Shown here: one piece after another, positions 10,134-23,441 of the stretch
Layout: each line of letters starts with the position of its first letter
Numbering within the stretch: the stretch's first letter is position 1
From: Moniliella sp. 'wahieum'
Taxonomy: Eukaryota
NCBI GenBank assembly: GCA_003971905.1
Contig: RSEE01000021.1
Span: 1-64,000 of the forward strand
Length of the DNA: 64,000 nt
Direction: 5' to 3'
Made by a program: the position numbers and the translations under genes
The notes under the pieces: model-generated
What the model saw: only the letters and a program-made list of their open reading frames with translations
What the model was told of the DNA's origin: nothing
Database searches by the model: none

Positions 10134-13100
10134 TCAGGTCGTCCGGCCCATGTTCTGGTTCAGGATATCGAGGCGCTTGTGAATCGAATGAACGTCTGTT
10201 GGGGGGGGGGGAGTGTTGGGGGTTAGTCAGGGGTGCCGTGGAGAGATTGAAAGGGAGGAGGAAAGAAAACGGGGGTACGCGTACACTTTTCGATAAACGC
10301 TGTGGTGGCAGGGGACAAGGCCGTGTTGCCTGGTTCGTCGGCCAGGTTGGGCTCGAGCAAGGAGAGTAGCAGCGTCTCCGCTGCATCGTAAGCATCAATA
10401 CAGCCCTGTGCGTTCCACTCGGCCCGCCCAGAGCTGCTCTGCCGAGTTCGGTTCATCTCGTCCGATGCAGCGGCACGCGCAATGTCCACAGCCATGGTGA
10501 GGATGAGATCATTGATGTTGCGCGTCGGGTGCAGCTCATCACTCTCCCCCGTCTTGGCACGCACATACTCGACCGCTCCAGCAGCGCTTGAAAACTGGTT
10601 TGAGCGCAAAAGAGACTGGCATACACATGGGGGTTAGCACGACTCTTTCTTCTTCTTCCGTCATCCGAGGAAAGTGATACGTACGGTCCACCAGATCGGG
10701 GCAGGGCGGGCGGGTCCAGCCATTGGCTTGGCGAGCATCCAGAAACTCGCGCGTAGTCTGCAAGCCGCGTTCAATCAACGCGGCAGCACGGAGGTAGATG
10801 AGCAGGCACTCGGCCGCCACTGCTTCCGAGTCGGCCACCTGTTTGGAGGAGAGGAGAGGCAGAGACAGAAGTGGGGGCCATGCCCAGTACGGTGGCGGGC
10901 AAAAAGGGGGTAGAAGACGGGGTGGTGCCTGGCGTTGCCGACTCATTGGCCAGCACACCTACTTCGTTGGCCACGACCGAGGCAGATGCCAAGCTGAGTG
11001 AGGAGGACGACCGTCCGCCAGGTGGGGGTGCAGCCGTGATAATAGGCGCCAGCATCGGTCGGGAAAATGGGGAGTGTGGCAGGGTCGCGCCAATACGATT
11101 CGGGCGGGAGGCTAGTTGCTCCCTCTGAGTGGGAGGCCGGTGGCAGCGTACCCAATTGATCGGTAAATCTCGAGTCGGCCAATTCGCTCAGCACATGCGC
11201 TTTGTGGAAGTAGTCCAGCATCAGTCCCAACATTGCGTTCCGCCTGGTCCGGCTCCCCGCCCAGCTGACCGCCGACGCGTCTCCAGCCAAGGGAGGGGTA
11301 GTGCCGCTAAGCAAGCTGTGCGTACTCACACCCGGCCCAGCGCCCGAGTAACTCTGACTCCGCCACGTGCGCCCCTGCATGATCGCTTGGGCGTTGCGCA
11401 AGGCCACTACGCTGGGAATACCAAACAGACGGATGGAGGCCTGGCTCATGGCCCGTGTCAGCGAGCTGCTCAGCGCATAGGTGGAGGCGGGTAGGACGAA
11501 GGACTAGGGGAGGGAAACGGATGGCCCCCGAACCATTTGCCCATCCATCATGTTGGACCCAAACGGAGAGATGCATCCCCCCTTCCTCGGCTTCCGGCTC
11601 GAGGGGTCCACCGGGTGTCATTCCTGGAGAGGCACTCAAGGGGGGTAGGCCCCGCCGTTGGAGCCGAGGCGGACACGGACGGAATGGGGTGGGCCGTTGG
11701 AACGGAGCTACTAGAGGGGATGGGGCTAAACTGGCCCCACCTGTGTGTGTGCTAGGGCCTTGGTGCATGCGTGGGGAGAAACTGTGCCCACTATAGAGAA
11801 CGAAGTGGAAGAACGGCGGTGGAAAGAGGCGGGGCGCTGATGCGCCGGCAGCGCAAAAGCGGGCCTCGGGATCGGCAAGGGACGCACTTGAGATGACGTG
11901 CTAATCGGCACAGCCGGGGTCGGTGGAAGATGGGGCTCCGCTCCCGCTCCCGCCCGCTCCCGCTCCCGCTCCCTCCATGGCCGCCGCCAAGGTCGGCCGT
12001 CGCGGTAGCTCCCGTGCTTGACGACGAACCTCTTTCACCTGTCGACCGGCTGGTCGGTAGGGACCCCGCGCTGGAACCGGAGCGTGGGCCACTAATGGGG
12101 GCATCGGGCGAGCGGAAGGGATGTCCGGGGCGTGGGTGGAGGGCGGGAGGGAGGGGGGAGTTGATGAGGGGAAGGGGGCTTGGCCGAGGTGAGGGCGGAT
12201 GCGAGTCCAGCCGGGGCGACGGTTTGCTCTCCCTTCGTGACCGGTCAGGAAGGAGGGCGGGCTGGGCAAATGTGGTAGGACTGCCGGCGGGAGAGGAAGA
12301 TTGGTGGCCTGCTAAGCTGAAGCGCGAAAAGGAAGGGGCACGGATTTGACTAAGGCGACGGATGGAGGTGCGGCCAAAGGCGGCTGCGGCCACCGAGGCA
12401 GCAGCGCTTGCCGCTGCATGCGCCGACGACGGGTAAGAACCAGGAAACGCCAGCAACGGTTTTCTCCCTCCGTTCTTCCTCTGGGCCCGAGACATGGGAA
12501 TCGACCATAGCATACTCTCCATCCAGCAAGCTCCCCGTGTCGCGCGAAGATTGGCGTCCAGGGCTATCGGGTCCGGAGGGGGTTCGGCTTGGGCTGGTGG
12601 ACGAGGATGACAAGCCCGAACTCTGTACCCCCCCGGTCACACCACCCTGGTTAGACCCAGTCGAGGCCGCGGGGGAGGAAATGTGGCAACCGAGGAGAGC
12701 CGGGACTTGTTCTGAACCGGATCGGGCGCACGCGGCCGCGCAGGTTGCTGAGAGCCAGAGACCAAAGTCCGGCTTGTGAGTGGTGGACGAGAAAGGGAGG
12801 AAGGAGTGGCAGTATGAAACCCGATAGTCGTCCTACGTGCAGCGCAAAGCCAGGCCGAGTGGATGAGAGACCACCGGCATCGGGCAGAGAGCTGGGCGTA
12901 AAAGGCTGCTTGACGAACGCGGGCAAGGGCGGAGGTTGTACCAAGCAAGCTTGACGAACCCATCGGTCGTAGCAGGGGGGGGACAGTGTCATCCCCCATG
13001 GGCATCGAATGTGGTTGATCGACTGCCTGAGATGCCTTGGCGCGAGCCTTGGGATGGGCACGGCCCCCGGGATCGGGACTGCGGCAGTGTGAGCAACGTG

Positions 13101-14529
13101 TTGCCGAGGAGGATACGATGAGAGCGGGGCCACGTTCGTAGGCAAAGAAGGAGGGTGATGGCGGCGGCAAAAGTGGCTTGAGGAGGGCGGTGCGGTGACT
13201 GTAGATGCCAAAGGAGGAGGAGGAGAGGAGGCAGGGAGGAACGCTGGGCAGGGGAAGTTGACAGTTGAGTTGGTGGATTGCTGCTCGGAGGACGGCGCGG
13301 CTGAGGACGGGCAGGGCAGGGGGGGGGGGAGGAGCCTGTGGCAACAAGGGGGCAGGAGGGGCAGGAGGGGCAGGAGGGCGGGGAGGGCCGACCAAGGGCA
13401 CGAGCCAGCTCGGCCCCGGATCCGGAAGCGACGACACGAGAGTGGAAGAGCTCCGCAAAGTCGGCACGGGCAACAGAGTGACGTTTGAGGAGGGCGCGGA
13501 TGATCTCCTTGAGGTCGGCTGGGACTCGAGCGGCCGTTCTAGCGGGGGCAAGCCTTCCTCGGCGCGACGAATGTTCTCGCGGGTAAAGCTTCCCTCGGAT
13601 CGCTCGTCAGGAAGCGGATCCGATCGTCGTTCTTCTCGATTCTTCGGAGCAACTCCATGTGATTCGCCGCGCGAAAGGGGGCTTGCCCGACGCCATCTCG
13701 TACGTCACCGCGCCTACGGACCACAAATCAGCTTTGGCATCGTACTTTTCGTGCCGCAAGATCTCGGGGCCATATAGGGGGGCTGCCGCACAGTGTTTCG
13801 GCGAGAGAGGCAGCCGGCAAATGTCGGGCAAACCCAAAATCAGCCACCTTGATTTGCGGGATGCCCAGGGATGACCCGAGGCGAGAAAGGTGGGATCGGC
13901 CGGCTGGAGGAGGAGGAGGTTTTGGGGCTTAATATCGCGGGTGGACAATGTGCTTGTTCCACATAAATTCAAGGGCGATGCAGAGCTGGAAGAGGAAGCT
14001 GCGGACCACCCATGGGTTCAGTCCGCCACCGGGTGGGTGAGGAAGGAAAACGACGCACATCGTCCCAGAGCGCATCAATGGCTTGCTTTTCGTCCTGGGC
14101 CGATGCCATGAGGGCACTGTTGGCCATGACCGAGGCGCCGAGGTCGCGGACGCTGAACACGGGGTCGGTGACCGGGTGCGACGGGAGGGGCGACGAGGGC
14201 AACTGGCCGTGGGACTTGATGTACATACTAGCGTCGCCCCAGGGACAGAAGGGCATGATGAGGTAGATGCGGTCGGAATTCTTGATGCAATCCAGCAGCT
14301 CGACCACATTGGGGTGGGTGATGCTCTGGAGGATGCTGATTTCGGCTCGAGGTTGGCCACGAGCTTGGTGGTGAGGATGGCGCGGGAGACGACTTTGACA
14401 GCAACGGCGGTGCGTGGGGGGGCAGTGTGGTAGGCCTTGCGGACGACGGCAAAGCTGCCCTTGCCGATCTCGGTGGCGAGGGTGTAGGAGCCGATGCGCT
14501 CGGGCGCGGGGGGTGGGGAGGGCAGTCAT
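10134..14529 (-). CDS. ATG1: Autophagy Ser/Thr kinase Atg1 (indel-fragmented, two introns near the 3' end)
   Basis: Pieces read [60 protein letters not shown] and [17 protein letters not shown] long Ser/Pro linker leads to C-terminal MIT-like helices ([29 protein letters not shown]). Confidence 0.92.
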
Positions 14530-14873
14530 GGGGTGCGAGAGGGGGCAGGCGCAGAGCCCAGGCGGGGGGTGGGGGGGGGGGGGTGGTGATGGCGGTGGTG
14601 GCGGTGGTGGCGGTGGGCTGGCAGTGGTGGTGGGGATGGGATGGGGATGGGGCGGCGGTGGCGGCGATGGGGCGGCGGAGGTGGTGCGGGCGGAGGGACG
14701 CGGCGTATCTGATAGCAGCGCACCGGCCAGCGCTGCTCCGCCGAACGCAGCCCGGAGGGTGGCGCTGGCCCACCGCAAACTTTCAAATCTGCGCAGCGCC
14801 TTGGCAGTGCAGCAGGGTGTGCACGTGACCCGCGCCGTCGGAGATCGATGACACGGATGCGACAGTCACACTA

Positions 14874-14883
14874 GTCACGTGAC
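14874..14883. promoter_or_regulatory. Palindromic E-box GTCACGTGAC upstream of ATG1 (second CACGTGAC at 14822-14829)
   Basis: Perfect 10-bp palindrome about 345 bp before the ATG1 start; known bHLH(-ZIP) motif class. Confidence 0.45.
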
Positions 14884-14958
14884 GCGGCGTGGGCTGCTGC
14901 GGGTGTAATTAAACGGGGTGTGTGCATGCCAACGCTATCGGACCAGCTATCATCAATC

Positions 14959-14985
14959 TCTCATCTCATCTCATCTCATCTCATC
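14959..14985. repeat. (TCTCA)n microsatellite
   Basis: About 5 tandem copies. Confidence 0.85.
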
Positions 14986-15052
14986 ACACTCTCCATCCAT
15001 ACGCCAATACATACGTGTGCCACGCCATGCCCATTCCGCTCCACGCCGCCCG

Positions 15053-18000
15053 TCACGCCTCCATCGCCGGCAGCAAGCGCGCCAGGGCGAGGTCGAGCAG
15101 GCCGAGTGCCGAGCGCGCTCGGCACACCCGGGCGTCTCGATCCCCGTCAGCGCGGCGGTCCAGCCCAGGACGGCATGCTGCACCGGCGCGTACACCTTGG
15201 TGCGCACCTGCTCCACCGGCGCGTAGGCCCACCGTGTCGTGCGTATCGGCGGTGAGGGGTAAAAGTAGACCCAGTGCACGGCCTCGGTCAGGCGCCCAGG
15301 CGGGCAGACAGGACCGGGACCAAGGCGGAGGCAGCGGCGGTGCGCGTCGCCTCGGGCGCCTGGGCATCGGGCGCGGAGGCAGCGCCGTGGCCACCAGCGC
15401 CTCGACCGACGGCAGAACGTCTGCCTCACTTCGGGCGACCAGAGCGCGCCATGGGGCACCTGAGCCGCAGCCGCGTCACGGCCAGCGCTAGCGCCAGCGC
15501 CGGTCGCCCACCTGCCTCCTCGGGCTCGCACCAGTCGGCAGGAGGTGAATAGCGAGCGAGCCAGCATGGTGGGCGAGCAGGGTGCGCAGCGCTACGCGTG
15601 CTGGCCAACCGAGGCTGGACCGAGGTAGGCAAACAGGCGTTGGGACAGGGTCAGAACGTGTGTGCTGTCCACTGGGGATGGCTCGGAGCCTTGGTGACGG
15701 CAGCGAGGCACCAGAGGATCCATTGCATGGCCTGCGTCCGGCAACGCATCGCCGCCATGGGGATGGCCCGGCGCCAAGGCGGCCAGCACGACCGCGCGCG
15801 AATCTTGCAGGAGCAAACTTGCCACTTGGCCCGTCCAGGTCGAAGGCGGCGCGACGCCAGCGACCTTGATCCGCCTGGCAAGCAGTGAACCATGAGCAAA
15901 AACGCTGCGATGCGAGCTGCCCGGGCGGCGCGCGGCGCTCGCGTCGGCGGCTCTCCTCTCCTCCGGCGGTTGCAGTGCGGTGGTCAAAAAGGAAATGTGC
16001 AAGGCGTCGGTGTCTGGTCAATGTCGGACCAAATGCCGCCAAGGGATCCAGCGTCGAAGCGGAGCGAGCATGGTGCTGTCCCCTGCGGCACGCTGCCTGG
16101 CACGATGGTGTTTGAGTCGCAGCGGACGAACCGAGGAGGGGAATCTCGTCTCGCTCTTGGGCCGCGGGAGGCGATAGGAAAGAGTGGCACAACTGGCCCG
16201 CATTGGGCAGCATGGTGGTCAAGGTAGCCACCGTCGTCACGTACATATTCGCCAACGTGGTCGAAGCGATGCGAAGGCGAAGGACGAAGGAGCGGTCGTC
16301 TTGCGTGCCGAACTGGGCTCGGCCGAACGCGCATCTCAGCCTCCCATTGGGCCAGGTCGGTGCACACATGGCTCACCGATCAACCAACTGCTTCAGGACC
16401 CACAACGGCTCCGACGACGCAATCGGCGACATGGCTCCTCGGCGCGCAGCAGGGGAAGTGTGGTGGCGAGCGTCTCGGTAAACTTGTGTGGCTTCTTGGA
16501 CATGAGTCGGGGTTAAGACTGCGGGGTGGGGTAACAGAGGGTGGTTAGTACTTGGCTTTATGTGGCTTGCCCAGATCGGATAGCCAAAACCAGGCAGGGG
16601 AAAACGTACGGTTCGGAGAGCAGCTCCAGTAAGCCAGCAATCTCCAGTCCCGCTCCCAATGGGGGTAGGGGCACGGCGGTCGGGCCTGAGGAGGAGGAGA
16701 GGAGGGGGCATCGGGACCCAAGTGGACCTGTTCTGCCACCGGAGCCCCCGAAGCTGGAGCGGAAGAAGCCAGGGCCTCCAACCGTTCCACCACCGCCACA
16801 AACACTTCGCGCGGCGAGGAATGACGCGCGACCAAGGTGAGTACCTGCAATCCTGACGAGCGTAGCGCGCCGGCAGGCAGGCCCGAAGGCAAAGAGGCTA
16901 CAGCTTCGTCTGCCTGGGCCTCCGACACGGCGCCGAGCGCCGGGGTGAGGCGGCAAAGATAACAAACGTGCGGTCGCTGAGCACTTGGCCCAGCTGAGAA
17001 GGTGCCTCGTGGTCCAAGCGTTGGAGGGACTTGTGCAGCTTGTCCATCCGGTCTTCTGCCCTGTGGAGCGCACCCGGATCAAGTGCGGAGCGGGAGCCGG
17101 AGCCGGATCGGTTGCGGGATCGGGATCGGGCCAGTCGCGTCCAAGCGAAGAGCGCGAGCCAGTTCCGATTCGGCACTGCCCAGCTCGGCTTCCAGCGCAT
17201 GCGTGTCCAATTTGACGGCAGGGTCGGCGACTGGCGCAGGCTGCAACGTGGGCACCACCGTGCCCTCTTCGTCTCTGCGTGCCTCGGCGCCTTTGGGCTG
17301 GCGCGGTCGGCCTCGTTCTGGGTCGGGCTCGTCCGAGGTTCGGCTCTGGGTGCGGTCCAACCGAATGGACGTCTTAGTCTTCCTGGGGGTGGAGCGGGGT
17401 ATGACCGCGGCGTGCCAGGACGGACGTTGCCGCGCGCACCGCGCCCGAGTCGGTATCATCCGCATCCGTCGTCGACACGTCGGTCTCCGTAGCGCGAAAG
17501 CCGTCGTGAGCGCGGTGGTGGAGCTGGGTTTGCGTGCCTCCCAAGCTCAGGGCCTCGGCCACCGCCTCGGCTGCGCGCAAGTCGGTAATCTCAACAAACA
17601 CACGCGGCTCGCGCCGACGATAAGCGCCGCAGGGGCCGAGTACGAGACGAGGTACGCGAGCGCGGCATGGCCGGACCCGGACTGGGCAGCGGCCGCCGAG
17701 CGCCCGTGGGCGACGTCATCGGGTTGAGCGACAACGAGTCCGCGCCCCCCGTGGCAGCGGTGACAAAGGCAACAGGTACTTGCTGCGGCGCCGGCGCCTG
17801 CTGTGGCTGCACCGCCCATGCGGCCAGCCCGCTGGGGAGCAGCTGCAGGTCCAGCGTCGACCGGGGTGGCTGCTGGGTCAGCGGGGTAGGACGAATGGAG
17901 CTGATGGTGCGCTGTCTCGGGGCAGGACGCTGGGTGCGCATTCCATAGGCGCTGGTGCTGCGGATGTGCTTGGGACGAGCATGGGGGGTGGGCGTAGGCG

Positions 18001-20187
18001 AGCTCGCATGAGCAGCAGCAGCAGCGCTGGTGGATGGCTGGGGCGAGTGGTGGGGGTGGTGGTCGTGGTGACGGCGGTGGTGGTGGGGGTGGTGATGGTG
18101 CTTGGGAATGCGCACAACCAGGTAGAACTTGAGGCAGCGGATCGGCCCCTCCTTGCCCGACGGTCCCGGGCTGGGTTTGGGCGGGTTGGAGCCTGGGATG
18201 GCAGGGTTCTTGCCGGCCGGGGTGCTGCTGGAGCGCTTACTGCTGTCTTTGGGCTCGGTCCAGGAGGGGCGGCGGCCAAAGGCAGCCATGATGGACTGGA
18301 CAAAGGACAGGGCACCGCTGGGCGACGGGGGGGATCCGGCAGCTCCAGCACGCACTCCAGCACATACACCGCCGCCCACTCGTCCTGGTGTGTCTTGCCA
18401 ATCGTAGACAACGACGACGCAGTATCGCCGGCGGCGGACGACGGCGTGGGAGCACGTGGAGGCGCAGATGCAGGTGCCGACGCAGACGCAGACGAAGACG
18501 CAGGTGCCGACGCAGACGCAGACGCAGGTACAGCTGTCGTGGCATCTTGCTGTGATTCCTCCTTGAGCTGCGCCACCGTCTTGTCCATGGCCTGCGTCGC
18601 GGGTGGCGCGCCGGGGGCTGCTGCGCCCGGATCCGACTGGGGCCAGCCATGGTACAGGATGCCAGCGCAGCGGAGGGAGTACTTGAGGAAACTGAGCACT
18701 TTGGCTGGAGGCTCATTGTCCGGGTTGAGCAAGACAAACATGGAGTGGGCGGGGCCGCGGCGCCCGCGGGCGGGAGGGGCGGGGTGGGCGAGGCGGGGCG
18801 AGAGCTGGACGAGGGGCGGGCACTTCCCGAGGCGGAGGCGGAGGTGGAGGTGATGGAGGTGGAAGAGGAAACGACATGGCTGAGCGAGAGGGTGGAAGAC
18901 GTGCGTCCTGCGCCGCTGCTCGCTAGGCTCGATCCCGACGCCGACGGGGAGACCATGCACGCCTCGCCGCGGGCATCGACCAAAAGGGGAATCTTCATGC
19001 GGTGGGTAGGAACCGAGGGAATGAAGGTCGAGCTCTTAAAGTCTTTGGACCCACGGGGGCTCGCCATGCGCTTGCTCATGTTCAGCGACGAGCTGCTTAA
19101 AGTTCTGCATCCGCTTGATCGAGTCCATCTCCAACAACATTCCGGTCCGGCGGCGCAGCTCGGGGTCGGGGACCAAGTTGAGCGCGCGGTGCGCGCGAAT
19201 GGCCATGCTGCGGAGCGAGGTGTGGGATGCGCCGAGCGGATAGCGGACGCCGGTCAGGACACGCAGCATGGTCACCCCAATTGTCCAGGCATCCCCTCGG
19301 GGCCCCAGTAGGTCACGGCGCCCAGGGCGAGGAGAGGGCATGGACAATCTCAGGGCAGTGGAAGGCGGGGCTGCCACAGCAGGTGCTGAGCTTGGCCTCG
19401 GACTTGGAGTAGTGGGTGGCCAAGCCAAAGTCAAGAAGCTTGAGCTGAAGCGTCTGGGGGTGAACGAGGATGTTTTCGGGCTTGATGTCGCGGTGGCACA
19501 CCTGGAGCGGCGTGTGGATGGCGTCGACGGCGCTGACAAGCTGGGTGAAGACCGAGGCGGCCACGTCGTGCGGGAGCGTGGGCGCGCGGGCGGCGGGTGG
19601 TGCTGGTCATGCCGAGCAGCTTCTCCAGCGTCACATACGCGCCCAAGTACTCCTCGACGAGGTAGAAGTGGCCGGGGGTGCGGATCGTCTCGTACACGGC
19701 GACCAGGTTGGGGTGCGGGGAGCTCGGCGAGGAGGGTGGGCTCGCGCAGCAGGCGGTTGGCAATGAGCATGTGGTGGGGGAAGAGGGGCGTGTGCTTGAT
19801 GGCGTAGAGGGTGCCGTGCTTGGCGGCCAGGAAGACGGTGCTGAACTTGCCGCGGCCGAGGATCTTGGGCAGGAGGGTGTAGTCGCCGATGCCCGTGTCG
19901 AGCATGACATCGGCGCTGGGCACCTCCTCGGGCTCGGCGGCGGGCGCCGCCTCGATGCGGGCGAGGGAGGGGAGCACGTCGGGCGGACCACTGGTCGGGG
20001 GCGGGCGGGGCGTGGCGGCGGAGGGCGGCGGGGCTGTCGAGGAGGGCGAGGACGTTGGTGCCGGCTCCGGGGTGCGCTCCCACTCGGCGCGCTCGGCGTC
20101 GCGTTTGCGCTGCTGCTCGGGGGTGAGCTGGGGGGCGGGGGGGCGGGGGCATGGGCGCCGGCGGGGGGCGGGGGCGGCGCCGGACAT
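15053..20187 (-). CDS. Large CAMK-group Ser/Thr protein kinase with a long C-terminal extension (3' limit uncertain; could be two genes)
   Basis: LGRGKFSTVFLA, YAIK, HRDIKPENIL, LLDFGLA, CCGSPAFHCPE and DAWTIGV at about 19100-19900. Protein-like frames continue through a His-rich tract and an intron (GTACGT at about 16609) to LLPAMEA* at 15053. Confidence 0.8.
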
Positions 20188-21266
20188 GGTCGCCACAGCG
20201 GATGCGGCGGGCGTGCGATCTGAGATGGGGCCGCGCAGCGTTGTGGTTAGACGCACATGCGCGGGACGGGTGAGCGGGGACGGGGACAGTGAGGCCGAGC
20301 GGGATGCACGGAGTGGTGATTAGCCGATTAGGCGTTTCTGGCTCTCCGCCGCCCCGTGGGAGCAGCATAGATAGCGCAGGGCCGCCCACCAAACCACCCA
20401 ACCCTACCCACCCGCCGCCTGGTGAACCGAGCAGGTGCTAGGCACGCCGCTTCTTCCACTCGCGGGCCACTGGCGGCCACAGCCTCCCTGCACTGCGCCT
20501 GCCTGCCTGTGCAACGCATGTGACCGACGGATTGTCCGGCCGCAATCAATAGATACGCTATCTCACATCTCGTCATCCATGTGCATCTCACCCATCCCCA
20601 ACGGGCTCAAGGGGGGGCAGGGCGCACCCGCTCTGTCGCTGCACATGAAACCTGACCTTGGGTGTCGTTGTTGGAGAACCAATCGCGTCCAAGTGCAATC
20701 ATTAATCGGAGAGGTCGTGCTGATATGGTCAAGGTTCCTGAGAGGAGTGGGCGATGAACGCAGTGACAGATGCAGCCGCTGGGGCCGATTGCATGGCCCC
20801 CGTACTCCAGCAAGTGGGTGGGGGATCTGGGAGAGACGGATCAGAGCGGACGGCAGTCATGATAGCAATCGTGGTGGGCACGGTCGAAACGCAAAGCGAG
20901 ATGCGATACAGACAGGGGGTAGAAGCACCTGCCAGCTTCTCCCAGTCTCCACGGCAGTCAAAACAGGGGGCAAAGGAAGATAGAACGGCGCCTGGTCCTA
21001 TTTCCAACCCCATCATGTCCGCGCTTGTCCGCGCTTGTCCGCGCCGCGTCCGTCCCAGACAAAACGTGGTTGTCAGTCGATTTGAAATGTAACATGTACC
21101 CTCCCCCGCGCAGGCCGTTCGGTTGAATTGGTGCACGTGCAACGTGCATGGCCGCAGCGGGGCGGTGCAAGTTTCAATTGCTTGAAACACTGGGGGCGGC
21201 CCATGCGAAAACAGACAAGCGCCGCCCTGCGCAGCCCCCACGCAAGGGTGATGCGTTGCTGCGGCC

Positions 21267-21290
21267 AACCCTAGCTGCTGCCCAACCCTA
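21267..21290 (+). promoter_or_regulatory. Two telobox-like AACCCTA motifs upstream of RPS5 (plus CACGTG at 21134-21139)
   Basis: AACCCTA at 21267 and 21284, 100-125 nt before the ATG. Confidence 0.35.
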
Positions 21291-21391
21291 CTCGCGCGAC
21301 CCAGCCCAGCGGCCGGCGGGAGGGGCCCTGCCCCCCGCGTCTGGCCTCTGGCCCAGACCAGGCCCAACCCAACCCAACCTCCAGCTTGACC

Positions 21392-22011
21392 ATGGCCACC
21401 GTGCAGACGATTCCCAAGGAGGCCGCTGCCGTTGCCGCGCCCAAGGGTGCGGTGCTGCTGTTGGCAAGTACGATGTGCAGGATGTGGAGGTGAAAGACCT
21501 GTCGCTGCAAGACTACATTTCGCTGCGCAACGCGGTCTATGTGCCGCACACGGCCGGGCGGTACGCGAGCAAGGCGTTCAAGAAGGCGTCCATGCCGATT
21601 GTGGAGCGGCTGGTGGATGCGCTGATGATGAACGGACGCAACAATGGCAAGAAGCTCATGGCGGTGCGCATTGTGGCGCATGCATTTGAGATCATCTCGC
21701 TGCTTACGGACCAGAACCCGATCCAAGTCTTGGTGGATGCGATCATCAACACGGGCCCGCGCGAAGACTCGACGCGGATTGGGTCCGGGGGTACGGTGCG
21801 ACGGCAAGCGGTGGATGTGTCGCCGCTGCGCCGCGTCAACCAGGCAATTTCCCTCTTGACGATTGGCACGCGCGAATCGGCGTTCCGCAACGTCAAGTCC
21901 ATCTCCGAGTGTCTCGCCGACGAGCTGATCAATGCGGCCAAGGGCTCATCCAACTCGTATGCCATCAAGAAGAAGGACGAGCTGGAGCGGGTGGCCAAGA
22001 GCAACCGTTAA
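21392..22011 (+). CDS. RPS5: 40S ribosomal protein S5 (uS7), intronless
   Basis: [23 protein letters not shown]...[32 protein letters not shown]...[14 protein letters not shown]. Start [10 protein letters not shown] at 21392, shifted by indels. Confidence 0.97.
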
Positions 22012-23441
22012 GACATGCCGTCCCTGTTCACTATACCATACGTGGCAGTCTGACCGTCTGCTGCGGCTGGGCACGCCGGGCTTGGTGATCCTGGCAACAA
22101 CTGCCCCCCCTGCCCTTCCACCCCTGCTGCTTCGATTTGCTCCGTGTGCGCTGCCCGTGGCGGAGGCGTGTTCGCTGTTGCGGCTAGGGCCGCACGCGCG
22201 CTGCAACCAGCGGCAGGTTGTTCGTGTACTTTAACCCCCCCCCCCCCTCCTACTGTGTACTGGCTTGGGGAGCCAACGCTCACATCGCCCATCGCCATGT
22301 AGAGCCGCGCCCAATGCGCGCGTTGGTTCCGATCTGGACGGCTGTGCTGCGGTGGAGCCATGTGCTGATGGCGCCGTTCTTGAGGATCACTACTGGCCAA
22401 TGGAACCTGAACAAGCTACGTGAAGCTGGACTTGAGTACCCGTAGTACGCGTGCACAGTGTGGGTGGAGAGGTACTCGATTGTTTCCGTCGCGACGAGGG
22501 AAGTCGGGCCGGCGAGTCCAATTGGCGCGCTTATCACCCAGTCGAATGTGCAGGCGGCCGAGATGCAGCGGAGCTGGTTTTGTTGGTTTCATAAAGGCAT
22601 TTTTGAAACTTGATCCAGGACGACTGGGCTGGGTTGACATCATGCATCATGCATCAGAACATCAGAACATCAGAAAGAACCCATGGATCGGGCAGGAGAG
22701 ACGGAGAAGAAAGGCGGGAAGATGGCATGTGCGTGTGACATTCTCCTTCGGGACAAGTGAGCTCGCCACCGGGGTGGATGCAGCATGCAGCAGGTGTGCA
22801 CGGCTCAGCTGGGGCGGCCCATTAGCATTACAGCAGTGGCGCCCCATGCTGCAGGGCCACCATGCTGCATCAACGTATCCACCCGCCCCAGCGCGCTCTC
22901 CGCGGGTGCGGAGGGCCAGCCTGCACCCTGGCGCATGACATGCATGATGCATTGCATGACGCATCATCCATCCGTCCGTCAGCAGCATCGGCCGCCACGG
23001 CGCCAGCCAGACGGCATGCAACCGATCGGTCATCTCACCCGTCTTAGCTCCGGGACAAGATCCGCTCTGCCCGCGTCCGCCGGCGCCGCCACTGCCGCAG
23101 TGTCCGCCCGCCCAGCCCCGCGCAGGCCTGAGGCGTTGAGGCTTTCAGGCATGCAAGCCCCGGTGCCGCTCACCGGCGCCCCTCCATCAACCCTAACGCC
23201 TAAGGCCTAAGGCCTACGGCATACGGCCTGCGGGGGGGCTGACCAGGGGGCTGGAGCGCATCTGCCCGCACGACGCCTGTGTTGCGCCTGGTCGTCGTTA
23301 CTCAGCGCCTCAGCAGTGCGAGCATACCGCAGCCCCTATCCCGCTGCCCAGCCACCTCTTCCCTCCTCCTGCCCCCATCCCCACCATCTCCCCCATCCCC
23401 ACCACACCCACCATCCCCAAGGCCCACCCCCCGTCTGCGCC

